Notes: a model not told the origin generated them from the letters alone. Numbered from the stretch's first letter, positions 31,331 through 47,038 are shown. The stretch: DNA of 64,000 bases from the human T2T-CHM13v2.0 reference genome, Homo sapiens (GCF_009914755.1 NC_060932.1), one strand, 5' to 3'. Translations and numbers: made by a program.

Positions 31331-32035
31331 TATTACGGAGTTCAGAGCCCTTTGAGATGCTCCACAAGTGTTTGCTGATTTGAGGGTGGCACAAAAGGCA
31401 GTTTTCCCCAACACCAATTGAAAGACTCCTTGGAGTGTGAATTTCAAGATGGTGGGGTACAGCAATTTCTACCCTCTCGTCGAAAGTCTCATCTCTGCTG
31501 GGAGACTGTGTGACCCAGAACCACAGTATAGGAAGATGGTGGAAGGTGAAGGCATGAGCAGAGAAGAAGGGAGGTCCAAGCTGAGTGCCTAGGAACAGGG
31601 GTGGCCTACATCAGAGAGGCCAGTTGCTATGGCCCATAGAACCTTGCTAGGTCTCAAGGACTGGGGCATTAGCTGCTGTGGAAGGGAGTAAGGTGAACAC
31701 AGAGGCATTATTTAGAAGTGTTTACAAGTATTTACAACAGGCAGACAGACTTGCAGGTCTCAAGCCCTACCCACTTCTGCAGGAGAGGAAGTTTATTTTC
31801 TAGAGAAATTGGACCAGAGACTTCGTGCTAATAATACCAGGTTCAGAGGGAGGCTGCGATGGGGTGAGTTTGCACAATGAGTGAGTGCTTCCCTGACCTA
31901 GCCTTAGAACAACAGGGGCAGGAGATTGAAGGATTTCTTTTCTGCAAAAACCGGACCCACTTAAAAAAAAAAAAAAAAAAGACTTACATACATTGACATT
32001 TTAAAAAATGTTTTATTGTGGGTACATAGCAGGTG

Positions 32036-32103
<68 letters not shown>
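32036..32103. repeat. (TA)n(GA)n microsatellite
   Basis: Seen directly in the sequence. Confidence 0.97.
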
Positions 32104-32106
<3 letters not shown>

Positions 32107-33153
32107 TTGGAGGCTCCTAGCAAAAATGCCCATTATCTATCTGATCACCCTGGAATAAAATACTATCCACGTACACAGAACTTCCAATCAGCTCTCAGCA
32201 CTTCCAATCAGCTCTCAGCTCTTCAGGGCCTCCTTAAATTTGAGGGGCAGTCAGGGGTCATCACTGAAGAAACTGTCCAATATCACAGAGAATAAAATAA
32301 TCAAACAGAAAAACAAAAGCATCTAATGAAGGCAGCAGAACAATGAAAAAGCAGGAGAAGCTGAAGATAAATTATAATTAATATCTTTAGAGGTATAAGG
32401 GAAGATGTTATATCCACAGGATGTGGTGAAAAAGGAACAAGCAGGGCAAGAAGGAGTTCCAGGAAGTTAAAAATATGAGATCTAAAATTTCAAAAATTCT
32501 ATAGCAGTGTTGGAAGATAAAGTTAAGGAAATTTCCCTGAAAGTAAAGCAAAGAAGGGCAATAGGAGAAAAAAAGATAAGAAATCACAAGAGCAATTCAG
32601 GAGGTTCAATATCCAATAGGTAGTTTTAGAAAGACAGAACAGACAACATGGTGGTAAGAAAATTATTTAGAAAAAAATACCAAAAAAAAAAAAAAAAAAA
32701 GCCGTAGAAGAACACAAATCTTCAACTGAAATGCTCCAAATGCCCAAGGTAATAGCTGACAACAGCCCCGTACCAAGATACACTGTTGGGATATTGCAGA
32801 ACTAGAGATGGAAAGAAGATCATAAGAATTTTCAAAAAGAGAACTAAAACGCTTACATAGAAAGGATCAAGAATTGGAATGACACTGGACTTCCCGATAG
32901 CAACATGGGAAGCTAGAGTACATCAGAAAAATGCCTGCAATATCCCTAGGGATATTTATTTTTGGCCTAAAATTCTATTTCAGCCACACTATCAATCAAA
33001 TATGATTGATAGTATCAGTCATTGCCAATCCATAAAGACATTTGCAAAATACAAAAAAAATTAAATGCAAAATACAAAAACATTTATATCCAGCGTATCC
33101 TTTATTGGGAAGCTACTGGAAGATGCTCTACCACGAAAAAAGAAGGCTTCTAA

Positions 33154-33462
<309 letters not shown>

Positions 33463-34089
33463 AGAAGGCTTCTAATCTAACAAAGGGGAGAGGCACAGGG
33501 AGGTTCCAAGATGAAGCTATGGACAGGCCCTGGGACCAGCCGGTCCAGGTCAGCAGAGTGTTGCAGGGCTCTGGGAAGAATTTCTCCAGGGAAACAATGG
33601 AATGATTGTAGCCAGGTTTGAGATGTCAAAAATTGTATAAAGTGTTGATTTGCAGACTTCTCAGAAATATGGAAAGACTCAGATGTTTAGAGAAAACAAA
33701 GCAAAAGAAAAATGTGAAGGAATTATCAACTCCAGGAAGAAGAAAATGTGGAGAAAAAGAAATGTACTATCATTTCACTACTTGGCTCAGCAGTGAACAA
33801 TGTTTACTTTACATTATCATAATAATGAAAATGCTACATGTAGATTTAACAAAAAATTGATACACAATTGGAAAGAAAGAAAGTGAAGGAAGGGGAGGAG
33901 TAAGTCATCTAAAACATTCACTTACTATAGTGGGAAATAAGTGAATCAAGAGAGAGGAGTATTTGCCTGCTATCTAAAAATATAAATGTAAATATATATA
34001 TAAAAATCTATGAATGTTGCTTCTGGGGAACAAAAGGAAGATGGGGTAGGAAGGTAGTCAAGGGACTTCTACATGTATTTTGTTCTTAA

Positions 34090-34389
34090 TTTTTTTATTT
34101 TTTGAGACGGAGTCTCGCTCTGTCGCCCAGGCTGGAGTGCAGTGGCGCAATCTCGGCTCACTGCAACCTCTGCCCCCTGGGTTCAAGAAATTCTCCTGCC
34201 TCACTCAGCCTCCCTAGTAGCTGGGATTACAGGCATGCACTACCACTCCCAGCTAATCTTTGTATTTTTAGTAGAGAGGGGGTTTTGCCATGTTGGCAAA
34301 GCTGGTCTCAAATTCCTGATCTCAAGTGATCTGCCTACCATGGCCTCCCAAATTGCTGAGATTACAGGTGTGAGGCACCACGCCCTGCC
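34090..34389 (-). mobile_element. AluS
   Basis: Full antisense dimer. Confidence 0.93.
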
Positions 34390-34390
34390 A

Positions 34391-34689
<299 letters not shown>

Positions 34690-35084
34690 CCTGCCAGTAT
34701 TTTCATAGAATATAAATAAAAATTAAACATCCAGTTAAGGCAAGAAGGCTGGACCTGCATTGGTCAAATGATGGCTTTACCTCCCCAGTACACCTCTGGG
34801 GTGATTTTCAAATTCCTCAATCATCAAGTCAGCAAATACAAAGTGACAGACATGTGCATGCCAATAGGAGAATTTCTGGAACTGGGACTGCCATTCCTCC
34901 TGGGAAAATGCCAACAATAACAACTAGCAATGGCTACCACAGGTTTTCAAGGCACCCTGGCAAGTTAGACACCATGCTATTCCCTATTTTCAAAAGCAAA
35001 CACCAAGACATAGACAGATTCAGGATTTCATAGACGTCTCTGATGTAGTAGGTGGTAGAGGCAGGACCTAATACCAGGTCCTCC

Positions 35085-35620
35085 ATGGCAGATTATCTTT
35101 TCAAAGATGGACCCATCCCTCATGCTCTTCTCCTACCCCTTCATCAAAAAGTGGAGTCTGTTTCTCCACCCCCTGGAATCCGGGAAGTTCTCATGACAGC
35201 ATTGACCAATACAACAGAGTAGCAGTGATGCCGGGGACTTCTAAGGCAAGTTATCAGAAGCCTTGCAGTTCTTGCTTTGTTCTTGTGGAATGTTCCCCCA
35301 GAACATTGTCTTTTGGAAATGAGCTGCTATCCTGGGAGAAGCCAAAGCCATGTGTAGAGGCCATATGGGCACTCCAATCTACATTCCTGCTGGGCCAGGG
35401 TCCACTGCCAACCACATAAGAAAGTGGCCATCTTGGACACTCACCCCAGCTGAGCCTTTGGCTCACTCCAGCCTCAGTCACTGACTAAACTACATGTGAG
35501 ACCCCAAGTGGAGTCACCCAGTTCAGCTGCCCACCCACAGCACAGTGAGATGATAGGAAGATTGTTTGAAGCCACTGTGTTTCGGGGGATTTGTTATGCA
35601 GCAACAGATAACTAGAACAT
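35085..35620 (+). mobile_element. MaLR LTR (MLT1G/H-like)
   Basis: 'tcaaagatgg...gtggagtctgtttctccaccc'; ends 'gcagcaacagataactagaaca'. Confidence 0.75.
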
Positions 35621-35920
35621 CATCTGACACCAAGGTCCATATTCTTTCCTGAACACCATCCTATAAGTGGTTCTCAGCAGACACATATGGGACAATTTTT
35701 ATTTTGCAGAACTTCTCTGCACCCTGTAGGACTTCCAGCATTCCTTGTCCACAAATACAACGTCTCTTCCCCCATACCATTGTGATAGCTAAAAATGCCC
35801 TCATATTTTTCCAACGACTTCTAACGGTAACATCCCCAGGTGAAGTCTCTTAAGTAGACAAAACCACCTTGAGCTGGTTTAAAACTGAATTGAAAACCTC
35901 CAGGTGGAAAAGACAGAGGG

Positions 35921-36232
<312 letters not shown>

Positions 36233-36642
36233 AACAGAGAGGTTCTGTTAGCAGGGAAGGATAGAAAGGAAAAGCATGTAGGGTATAGTTACCAAAGTTC
36301 GACTGCAGGGCATCTCCCTGCCCTCCCCCTGAGATCTAAATTGCTGGTTGAAACCTCTTTGGCTCTCCTCTCTCTAAGCCTGGTGGAAACTGTTGTAACT
36401 ATGCCCATGGGGGGAAAGGGTGTTGATGTGGGAGGAAGCTGGGAGATCATCTAGTCTAACCCCCTAACTTCACTGAGCCAGAGAGGGGATGTGCCAGGAC
36501 CCCCCAGTGCAAGTCCCACATTCTTTCCACCACTTCAACAAGGAAACAACTGTGATTGAGGTTATTTAGGTGGCAGATGGACACATTTACCTTTGGCATG
36601 CAGGATACAGTTGTCCACGTTGGCCTAGCATGATTGCTGGTT

Positions 36643-37497
<855 letters not shown>

Positions 37498-37959
37498 GAT
37501 GTGATAAACTCAGGTGCTGTATGTTTCCCATGGGAAGTGTAACCTTGAAGATCTTCCATTTGCATCTTGCTTTGATTCTTGGCTTAAAACTCTGTGTGAA
37601 GCAGTGGATCTACCTGAAAAATTTTATTAGCCCAGGTGAGACCAGGAACCTGTCTCCTTTTTCCTGAGACGGCATGTTGCAGCCTGAGCTCTGCTATGGC
37701 AACTATAGAAAATCTTTGACGGGCCTCTAATCTGCTTCAGTAGACACACCTGTGTCAGCTGTGACCTACCTGTGAGTCATATTTTGCCTTCAGAAGGATC
37801 CCAAAGTGTATTAGCTGGCTGAAAACTCCTAAAAAATGTAACCACCTGGGAGGATAATGCATCTTACAGCTTTAGAAGCACAAGGTATTTGTGGACAGAC
37901 AATGGAATTCGAGAGAATATGGGAAAAGCTTGATGTCATTGCAAGTCCAGGGAGATGTA

Positions 37960-38870
37960 TTCAGTCATTTATTTATTCATACTTTTTTTTAGCAAGTTCT
38001 TATTGAGCACTCAAGATGAGCTAGACACTGTGAAAATCTAGTGGGAAAGAAAACCATATGAGCGATTTCTAATTGTGATAAATGATGCAAGGCAATTGAC
38101 AGTCTGTGGTAATAAGGCACAATATGGATATTGAGTTTTAAAGGTGTTCCAGGAGCCCTCTGTAATGAGGCACCATTGAAGAGTTTAGAGATGCATTCCA
38201 GGTGGCAGGGCAGCTTGTGTGCCGGCCCTGAGTTGGGGATGAACTTGGTGTGTTTAAGGAAAAAGCAAATATTCAATGGAGGAGGCAAAAGGTGAGTTGG
38301 AGAGCAAGGTGTGGGCATGGATGGGGAAATAGGATGTTATGGGATAGATGAAAAGCCCCTGAGGAATTTCAAGCAAGAGAGTGACATGATTTGACTTCTG
38401 TTTTGAAAACAATGTCTCCCCACCCATCAGAATGGCAAAGATTAAAGTTTGAAACACACAAAGATGTGGGAAACAGACTGACTCATCTATTGCTGTGGAA
38501 GTATAAACTGATACTGACCCTAAGGGGAGAAATGTGGCAGTATTTATCAGAATAAAAAATGCACATACCCTTAGACCCAGCAACTTTTCTTTCATGAATT
38601 TATCCTGCATGTGTATGTTTTAAAATCAATATATGGAAGGTTACTCATTGCAACATTGTGTATAACTACAAAAGATTGGAAAAGACCTAAATATCAATGA
38701 AGGACTAAATCTAACAATATCAACCAATGAGGATTTGGATAAACATACATTGTTTATCCACACAACGTGCTGCTGTGCAGCTGTAGGGATTGAGTGAGTT
38801 CTTTATGTACTGATACTAGTCAGTCTCTGAGATATACATATAGTCAATTTTTAAAACCACTTGTATAGCG
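37960..38870. mobile_element. L2 (antisense, to ~38410) followed by an L1ME fragment
   Basis: 'tattgagcactcaagatgagctagacactgtg'; 'aaaatgcacatacccttagacccagcaac'. Confidence 0.7.
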
Positions 38871-38914
38871 TATATATCATTTGTATAAGTATAGGATGTG
38901 TGAGTTTGCTTGTG

Positions 38915-39370
38915 TGTCTACTGGGTCCTCGAAGAAGCAGACACTGGGTTGGAATTAGAAATGCAAAAGATTTATTGGGGGAAATGACCATGCAGGAAAC
39001 AGGGGAGAGGGGGCAAGCAGTAGGGCAGGAAGAGCTGTTAAATCCCAAGGCTGGTCTGAAGCCTGGAAAAGGATTGGGAGAAGGAAGGAGGATGGGGTAG
39101 GAAGAGCCTCAGACTGCAGTGCAGCTCTAGAGAAGATCTCAGCCATAGAGCGAAGAGTACCATTAAAGGAGCCTTGTGTCAGGCAGAACTGGCCCTGCTC
39201 AAGGCCTTCCGCTGGGTTGTCATTGGCTGGGAGAAACCTGGGGAGAATGTGGCCTCAGTATGACCACTGTGGTGGGTTCCTAAGTGCAGCAGCCAGAGGC
39301 TGTCAGCTGACACTCCTCACTGTAGGTTCTCTGTTGAAGACAAGTCTGTGCTACCCCTCCATGGCTGCCA
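38915..39370 (-). mobile_element. ERVL LTR (LTR16/LTR33-like)
   Basis: 'gaagcagacactggg...aagatttattggggg...ggaagagcctcagactgcagtgcagctct'. Confidence 0.65.
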
Positions 39371-39509
39371 CAGATTTATATGCACGGAGCCCCTCAGGAA
39401 GGATGTAAGGTACAACACTACATACCAACTACTCCGGAAGAGAGGAACTGGGTGGCCGGACCACAGAAGTGGGAGGCGGACTTTTCACCATGTCCTCCTC
39501 CCCACTATT

Positions 39510-40400
39510 TGAATTTTTTTTCAACATTTAATTGAGTGGCATTTAGTGTGTTCACAATGTCATGCAACCACCACCTCTGTCAGTTCCAAAACCTTTTCAT
39601 CACCTCAAAATGAAACCCTATACCCACCAAGCAATGACTCCCCATTCCCTCTTCTCCCTCCCTCCCTCAAATGCTGGCAACCACCAATCTGCTTTCCATT
39701 TCTGTGGATTTGCCTATTCTGGGTATTTCATATAAATGGAATCATACAATACCTCACCTGTTTCATCCGGCCTCTTTCACTTAGCATAATGCTTTCAGGG
39801 TTCATTCATATTGTAGCATATATTGGTACTTCATTTCTTTTTATGGCTGAATAATATTCCACTGTATGAATACACCCCAATTTGTGCATCCATTAATTCA
39901 TTGATGGACATCTAAGCTATTTCCACCTTACGGCTATGTGGATTAGCGCTGCTAGGAATATGCATGTCTGTGTATTTGTTTGAATACTCACTTTCAATTC
40001 CTTTGGCTATATACCTAGAAGTGGAATTGCTGGATCATATGGTAATTTCATGCTTAACTTTTAGAGGAAATGCTGAACTATTTTCCAAAGCGGCTGCATT
40101 GTTCTACACTCCTATCAAGGTTCCGATTTCTCCACATCCTCACCAACACTTGCTATTTGTTGTTTGGTTTTTGGATAGTGGACGTCCTAATGGGTAGGAG
40201 ATGGTATCTCATGGTTCTGAGTTGCATTTCCCTTATGATTAGTGGCCTTGAGCATCTTTTCCTATGCTTATTGTACATTCGTATGTCTTCTTTGGAGAAA
40301 TGTCTATTCGGGTCTTTTGCCCATTTTTTTTAGTTGGCTTGCTTGTCTTTTTGTTGTCAGAGTTCTCTATATAATCTGGATACTAGGCCCTTATCACTAT
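39510..40400 (-). mobile_element. L1MB-like fragment
   Basis: 'tttatggctgaataatattccactgtatg', 'tatacctagaagtggaattgctggatcatatggtaa'. Confidence 0.9.
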
Positions 40401-40479
40401 TTGAATTTTATTCCATGTAAATTTGTCACTGGCTCAAAAAGGAAATAAAATGTAAGATGCAAAAGAATAAAAAAGTCTT

Positions 40480-41240
40480 GGCTGTGGACAATAAGTGCGT
40501 ATGGAAGCCAGGGGACTAGTCACTAAGCTATCTCAGTGTCCAGGCTGGAGACAGTGGTGGCTTAGGCATGGTGGGGACAGTGGGGATGGAGAGAATTGGG
40601 AAATGTGAGATGGGAATATGGTTTGGATGTAGGGGTGTGAAGAGAGAAAGGGAGGAATCAGGGTTCTTATTTGAACTTCTGGGTGGGGGTGCCATTTACC
40701 TAGAGGAGGGGCAGGCTCCGGACAGAGTGTAGGAGTAAGGAATGAAGGGCTTGGCTTTGGGCATGTTAGGTCTGAAGCGCCTGTGAGTCACCTAAGTTGT
40801 GAGGCTGCACGGGGAGTGTGATCTGTGAGTGTGCAGTTTAGATTTCCTGCTGATACTTTCCCCTCAAAATACTGCCAGTATCTGTAGAGGACAACTGGCC
40901 ATTTCCAGGTGGGGAGAGGAGACAGACACGCTCCTGGGAGGTGAGAGAGGAGGAAAAAGGCCTGACGGCAGATCGCAGTTGATTCAAGTGTCCACCCGAG
41001 GGGGCTTAAGCCTGAGAATGACATGACATGGTTTGCATCATGGAAAGATCTCTCTGGTGGCAACAGGACAGACAAATGGGAGGGAGGTCAGAAGGAGGCA
41101 CAGTGGGGAGTATGGGAGCAGAAGCAGCGCAGAGCCGGTGGCTGTGGAGATGAGGGTATGGCCTGGATATGGCTGGGATATGAGATGGGGAGGGGTCGGT
41201 GGGCTAGAGCCACTCCCAGCTTTCTGGCCCAAGTTTCTGT
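40480..41240 (-). mobile_element. L2 fragments
   Basis: Degenerate purine-rich L2 motifs, e.g. 'tttgggcatgttaggtctgaagcgcctgtgag'. Confidence 0.55.
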
Positions 41241-42430
41241 GCAGGCGATGGCACCAAGTCCCAAAAGCAAATGGAGGAGGAAGGGCAGGCTGTGTTGGAG
41301 GAGGAAGAAGGAAGCCAATCCTTAGGAAGCGTAAACCTGACTCTGTTCTCAGGGACAGGCCTGTTGTGGTGAGAATCTGTTTCTCATGCTGGCTCTCGTC
41401 ACACCCCATGGCAGCCCTGTGCCGGGAACGTCAGGAGATCCTCATTCAACCAGGGTCAGCGACTCTTCCCTTCCTGGCCCCCACATCAGCCCTGTCACCT
41501 TAAACATGCTGCCATCACACATCTCGCTTCAGCCACCATCCTGCCCCTGTCTTTCGACCTGTCCCCACCTTCAGTGCCCCCATCTGTCCTTGACACAGAG
41601 GCCAGTCTATGTCCTTACATTCTGCCATCAGTTACTGCCTTCTCCCCCAACTCTCACATTACTGCCTTCTCCCCATCCTCTTGTCAAAATCCAGTGGCTT
41701 TTGCTGACTGAGAGTTAAGCTTCACGGTCCTCACATTCTGAGCTCCCCCTTCTTTTCACCTGTTAATATATTTATCTTCTTTGCAGACCCAGCCAAAGTC
41801 CTTTCCTCCCGCAACCCTCCTCCCTCAAAGCAGCCCTCCACGAAGCCTTCTCGGGCCACACCGAGCTCCTTTCCCTGAGCTCCGCAGGTCCTGGAGTCTG
41901 CCGCAGAATCCACACTTCCTGACATGGGGCCCTGGGCTCTTCATTGCCTTCCCCACTTGGCTCTTGGAGGTGGACGCCAAGACTTGTGTCTAGAGCGTCC
42001 TTCACAGAGAAGCCAGGTGGGAGGGAGACAGTGACCATCTGCCTCCACTGTCCCTGTGCCACAGCTCTGTGTTCTCAGCTCCCAACCTATCCTCCCTTGA
42101 TGCTTGTCTTGACAGACAAGAAAGACTGCCCACCATAGCCCTTGGCCTGGCTCTGCTGTTCCTGAATCCCCACGGCCAGCCGTTCATTCTGAGCAGCCTT
42201 GGCGGTGTGCGAGCAGGCCCGATGGAGGATCCTACACTGGGATCCCCCAGACCTCACCAGGGAAGTTGGTTGCCATTGGTGGTGCGGAGCTGCATGGACA
42301 GGGATATGGCTGAGATCATCCTTCCCTTTCCTTCCTGCCCCCTTCCCATCCTCCTTCCTCACAGCTGCAGCACCTGGCTGTGAATCACAGGAAGGCAAGC
42401 ACTGGTTTGTGGAAATACCTAAGAAGGCCG

Positions 42431-42675
42431 TTTCTCTCTTTTCTTTTCTTTCCTTTTTTTTCCTTTCCTTTCTTCCTTTCTTTTTTTCTCCTTCCTTCCT
42501 TCCTTCTTCTTTCTCTCTCTCTCTCCTTTCTTTCTTTCTTTCCTTCCTTCCTTCCCTTCCTTCCTTCCTTCCCTCCCTTCTTCCTTCCTTCCTCTCTCTC
42601 TTCCTTCCTTCTTTCTTCTTTCTTTTCTTTCCTTCTTTCTTTCTTTCCTTCCCTTCCTCCCTCCCTCCTTCCTTC

Positions 42676-42738
<63 letters not shown>

Positions 42739-42756
42739 TTTCTTTCTTTCTTTCTT

Positions 42757-42788
<32 letters not shown>

Positions 42789-42804
42789 CTTCTTTTTTTT
42801 CTCT
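42431..42804. repeat. 374-bp pure pyrimidine tract, (TTTC)n/(TTCC)n
   Basis: No purine seen between 42431 and 42804. Confidence 0.97.
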
Positions 42805-43562
42805 AAATATTAGCTGAAAGAGCTTAGGCTCAAGAGTTCTGAGAAAATCATTACTTTTCTAAGTAAAACTAAAGCTCAGACCTTCCAGTCTTTGCTACAA
42901 AGGAAGATTTTCTACAAAGATGGTGGGGGGCATTTTCACTTGAATCTCTGACTCTTGTTCCCAGGATCAGTTTTCACTGGGTTCTCTCTTTCCAAATTGA
43001 CCACACAAGAAGTGTGTTTAAACAAGAAGTGACTGAAGGCTCGGGGATAACTAAGAGTTAATCTGTTTACACAGTGAGATGGCTCAGCCTGGCTGTGTAG
43101 ACATCACCTGCTCATTGACCCTTAGGCCAAGGCTTACTGGCGCTACCAAGGAGTCTAGAATCCTCCAGTTCCCCGCTTGGATCTCCATATGGCCCCCCAC
43201 CCCCTGGAGGAGGAACCCACAGTGCACCAGCCATTTAGTCCTCACAAGCAGGCAGGGCGGAGTTGGGCAGGATTCAAAATGAGGTGGCCTGACACACACC
43301 CCCTGAGCTGACTCCCTGCAGAGGATGAGGGGCTGTTGTCCTGCTAGTGTGACATGAGGGTCACTGGACAGACCCTCTTGTCCTCAGATCATCTTCTCTC
43401 CCCCTTCTCAAGGTGCCTAAAACGGCTCCATTCAGGATTCACACTGCTGAACTTACTACGTTTTGGCCTTCAAAAATTCCCTAATAAATGCAAATACTCC
43501 ATAGTCTGGTAACATTTTTCCTTTGATTGATAAGTCTGGATGAGGCAGAGAAGAAAAGAGAG

Positions 43563-44335
43563 TTTTATTTTAACCATTTTAAAGTGTACAATTTAATGAC
43601 TTCCAGGACATTGACAGTGTTGCACAACCATCACTTCTAACTCCAGGACATTTTCATCACCCCAAAAGAAACCTTATACCCATTAAGCAGTAACTATCTA
43701 TACCTCTCCCCTCCAAAGTTCCTGGCATCCACAAATCTAGTTTCTTTCTTTCTTTCTTTCTTCTTTTTTTTTTTTTTTTTGAGACAGAGTTTCGCTCTTG
43801 TTGCCCAGGCTGGGGTGCAATGGCAGATCTCATCTCACCACAACCTCCACCTCCCGGGTTCAAGCGATTCTCCTGCCTCAGCCTCCCGAGTAGCTGCGAT
43901 TACAGGCGTGAGCCACTGTGCCCAGCCCACATATCTAATTTCTGACTCTATGGACTTGCTTATTCTGGCCATTTTATATAAATGGGATCCTATAATACAT
44001 GACCTTTTGCATCTCACTTTGACTTAGCATCTTGCTTTCAAAGTTCATCCATGTTGTAGCATGTATAGTACTTCCTTTTTTATGGCTGAATAATATTCCA
44101 TTGTTTGGATATATCACATTTTGTTTATCCGTTCATCAGTTGATGGACATTTGGGTAGTTTCCACATTTTGGCTCTTAGGAATAGAACTGCTGTGAACTT
44201 CCATGCACCAGTTTTTGTTGGAATACCTGTTTTCTATACTCTTGGATCTATACAGTACCTAGGAGTGGAATTGCTGGGTCATGTGGTAACTCTACCTTTG
44301 ACCTTTTGAGGAATTGCAGACTGTTTTCCAGGAAC
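43563..44335 (-). mobile_element. L1MB-like 3' end containing a short Alu (43741-43928)
   Basis: 'cagtgttgcacaaccatcacttctaactccaggacattttcatcacccc'; Alu flanks ccacaaatcta / ccacatatcta. Confidence 0.88.
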
Positions 44336-45289
44336 AGAGATTTTTAAGAGTGAAATGTTTTGAGAGTGGAGAGGAAGCCCAGACATTGGTGCTGCCAGGG
44401 GGTGAGAAGGTTAAACAAGGAGCTCAAAAGGGGGAGAGGGGAAGGTTCAACACAAATTACCCAACTTTCCAGTCTGTCCCAGAAGCTGGATGACCATGGT
44501 AGTCAACAGCCACGTTTCTCCCCAGATCTTTCTCATCTCTCTGCCTACCACCCAGTGCCTGGCACAGAGCGCTTGCTGGTAAACACTGGTTGGACGCATA
44601 GCTGTCTACCGAGCACCAGCTCTGACCCTCACTCTAGTCCCTCCATCCTCCCTTCCATTTTCTCCCAATGTCTCCATCTTCGCCTCCTCTGATTTGAAGC
44701 AGAGCTTTGTTCCAATGTCCTAGTTTTGTCTCGGGCATACGAGTGCAGCAGTCGGGGACCTCCTTACCCTTTCCAGAGCATGCATGGTGCATTTGGAGGC
44801 TGGGCGCTTACAAGGTGAAGGCAAAGATGCAAGCCAGGGAGCACATATTGAGGTGGAGGAAAGAGACCGTGACTCGGAGCATAATTACTCACAGGAGTTA
44901 TGGCAAGGGGGCATCCCGGGCAGCATGAAAGGTAGGATTGCTTTGCAGTGCTTAACTGTGAGGCTGCGCCATGAGGGGCCCCTTCCTCTTCTGGCTCTCT
45001 TCAACCTGTCTGTCTGAAGAAATTGCCAGCTCCCTCCAGGGAAGAGCAACAAGCAGCCCAGGATGGAAATTGAGGGGAAGACACAGGCCTCAGAGCTGGG
45101 GAGTGGGGAAGGGTGAGGGGAGTAGGAGGGTCTGAGAGAATGAGAACTCAGAGGGAAGGAGTAAGGAGAGAGGGAGATCTCGGGTGAGGGCTGGCAAGCT
45201 GAGGGTAGGACCCACACACTGGGACACTTGGATGGTCTTCCCCATATTTACTGGGTCATTGTTTCCTACAGCCTACGTTTCTCAGGACA

Positions 45290-45900
45290 TCCAAAGTGAC
45301 TCTTCTAGAATAGGACCCAGATCATGCCACTCCTGCACTCCAGTACTTCTGCGGTTTCCCATCTCAATCAGATTAAAAGCTAAAGCCCATAAAACGGCCC
45401 ACCTGGCCCTACGTAATCTGGCCTCCCACCCAGACCCTCCACTCCTTCTCTGACCTCTTCTCTGCCCTCTCCCCGTCTTTCCCTCAGCTCCAGCCTCCTT
45501 ACTTCCTGCTGCTCCTGAGACCTGCCTCAGGGCCTCTGCATGCCCTTTTCTCTGCCAGCTCACCCTTCCCCTGATGCCCATGTGGCCAGGAGTCTCACTT
45601 TCTGCACTTCTCTGCTCAAATGCCACCATGTGGGCGAAGCCTTCCTTTACCACTGTTTATAAAATGGGAACTCTACCCCCACCCTTTGCACCTTCTAATC
45701 CCCATTCTCTGCAGTATTGTTTCTCTACAGAATGCACGATCTGGCACACTTTAGATTTCCTTTGCTGTCTCTTTTTTTTATTAGGATGTAACTCCAGAAA
45801 GGCAAAGAGTCTGTTTTGTTCTCTGATATATTCCCAGTCACTAAACCAATATTGGGCACATAGTAGGCCTTCAATATTGTGAAATGGATGAATAAACAAA
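45290..45900 (+). mobile_element. L2 3' region
   Basis: Ends 'ggcacatagtaggccttcaatattgtgaaatggatgaataaa'. Confidence 0.75.
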
Positions 45901-47035
45901 TAAATTATTGAACACATTTTTTCCCGAAATCAATATATTTATAAAGGAAAAGTCTCAAAAATCACTTGGATTCTTAGTGCATTGTTTCGTTTCAAAACTT
46001 ATCATAGAAAAATAATTTTATTTTCATGGTTGGGAACTACAATGACAGGAGGTGGCCAGAATCTCTGGGGACCTGTCGCTGACCACACTGTGCCTTTCTC
46101 CAATGTCTTAGCAGAGGCCTCGTCCCACAGTAGAGGCTACTGTGCGTGAGGTGCTGCTGCTGCAAGCTGCCTGTCGACTCTATAACCATCACCAGGAGTT
46201 TTCCTCCTGCTAGCGTGATGCCAAGTATTGTCTCTTCTCATAGATCATGCTGGCTAAATCCGAGGTCAGAATTCAGGGGAAATTCCTCTGAAGTTTTGGA
46301 ACCAGGAAAGACTACATGGCTGCCCACCCCAGAGAGGGCCTAACCACAGAACCCAGAAGGTCTGACACAGTGAGCCTTCTTTGCTCTGGGGGACCTGCTA
46401 CCCTCTATGGGTCACAGAGCCAAACTGTAGCTTAGCTCCCTGCTTTGCATTTGGGGAGAGTGTGAGATTTGCATCCAAACTGGCCAAGATGCTTAATGCT
46501 GAGGCCAGCTAAGAGAAGTGAGAGGAGTGTGTGGGGGTGGGGGGTGGAGAGAGAGAGAAAGATTGCAAGAGCGTCTATGTTCAAGTGGTCGGGTGGGGGT
46601 GGGTGGTGATCGCTCAGGGCTGGGGAGGAAGAGCACATGGGTTTGGGAGTTAGGAGTCAGTGAAATGTGGGTCCAAGTCCTAGCCAGCCCCCTTATGATG
46701 CATACAACAATGGGAAAGTCATTTCACTTTGGTAAGTGTCCCATTCATGAGCTGTCAAATGGTAGGTGTTTGGCCAAATAATGCTTCAGATACCTTCTAG
46801 TTAAAAAAGAAAAAAAAAAGCACAAAAATTCTATAGCTCAATATCCAAGGCTGTATTTAGGCCACTACACATTGCCCACTAAAGATTTTTTTAACATGTC
46901 TTTGGCCATGTTAAGCTGAATATTTCTACTGTCTCTGGAATGGAGGTTGCACTTTGGAGAACTGGGAGGTTGAGGGGGAGTCTTTTCCCTTCCCGCTCAC
47001 CCTGTCTGGGTCCACTGACGCCCTGATTATAAAGT

Positions 47036-47038
<3 letters not shown>

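Noticed and set aside
32300-33120. Domesticated L1-ORF1-like gene (L1TD1-type) in the HAL1 relics
   Set aside because: Frames are broken by many stops; the ORF track shows only ~60-aa pieces here and at 55-56 kb.
42199-42817. 204-aa and 145-aa F/L/S-rich 'membrane protein' ORFs
   Set aside because: They are translations of the pyrimidine microsatellite.
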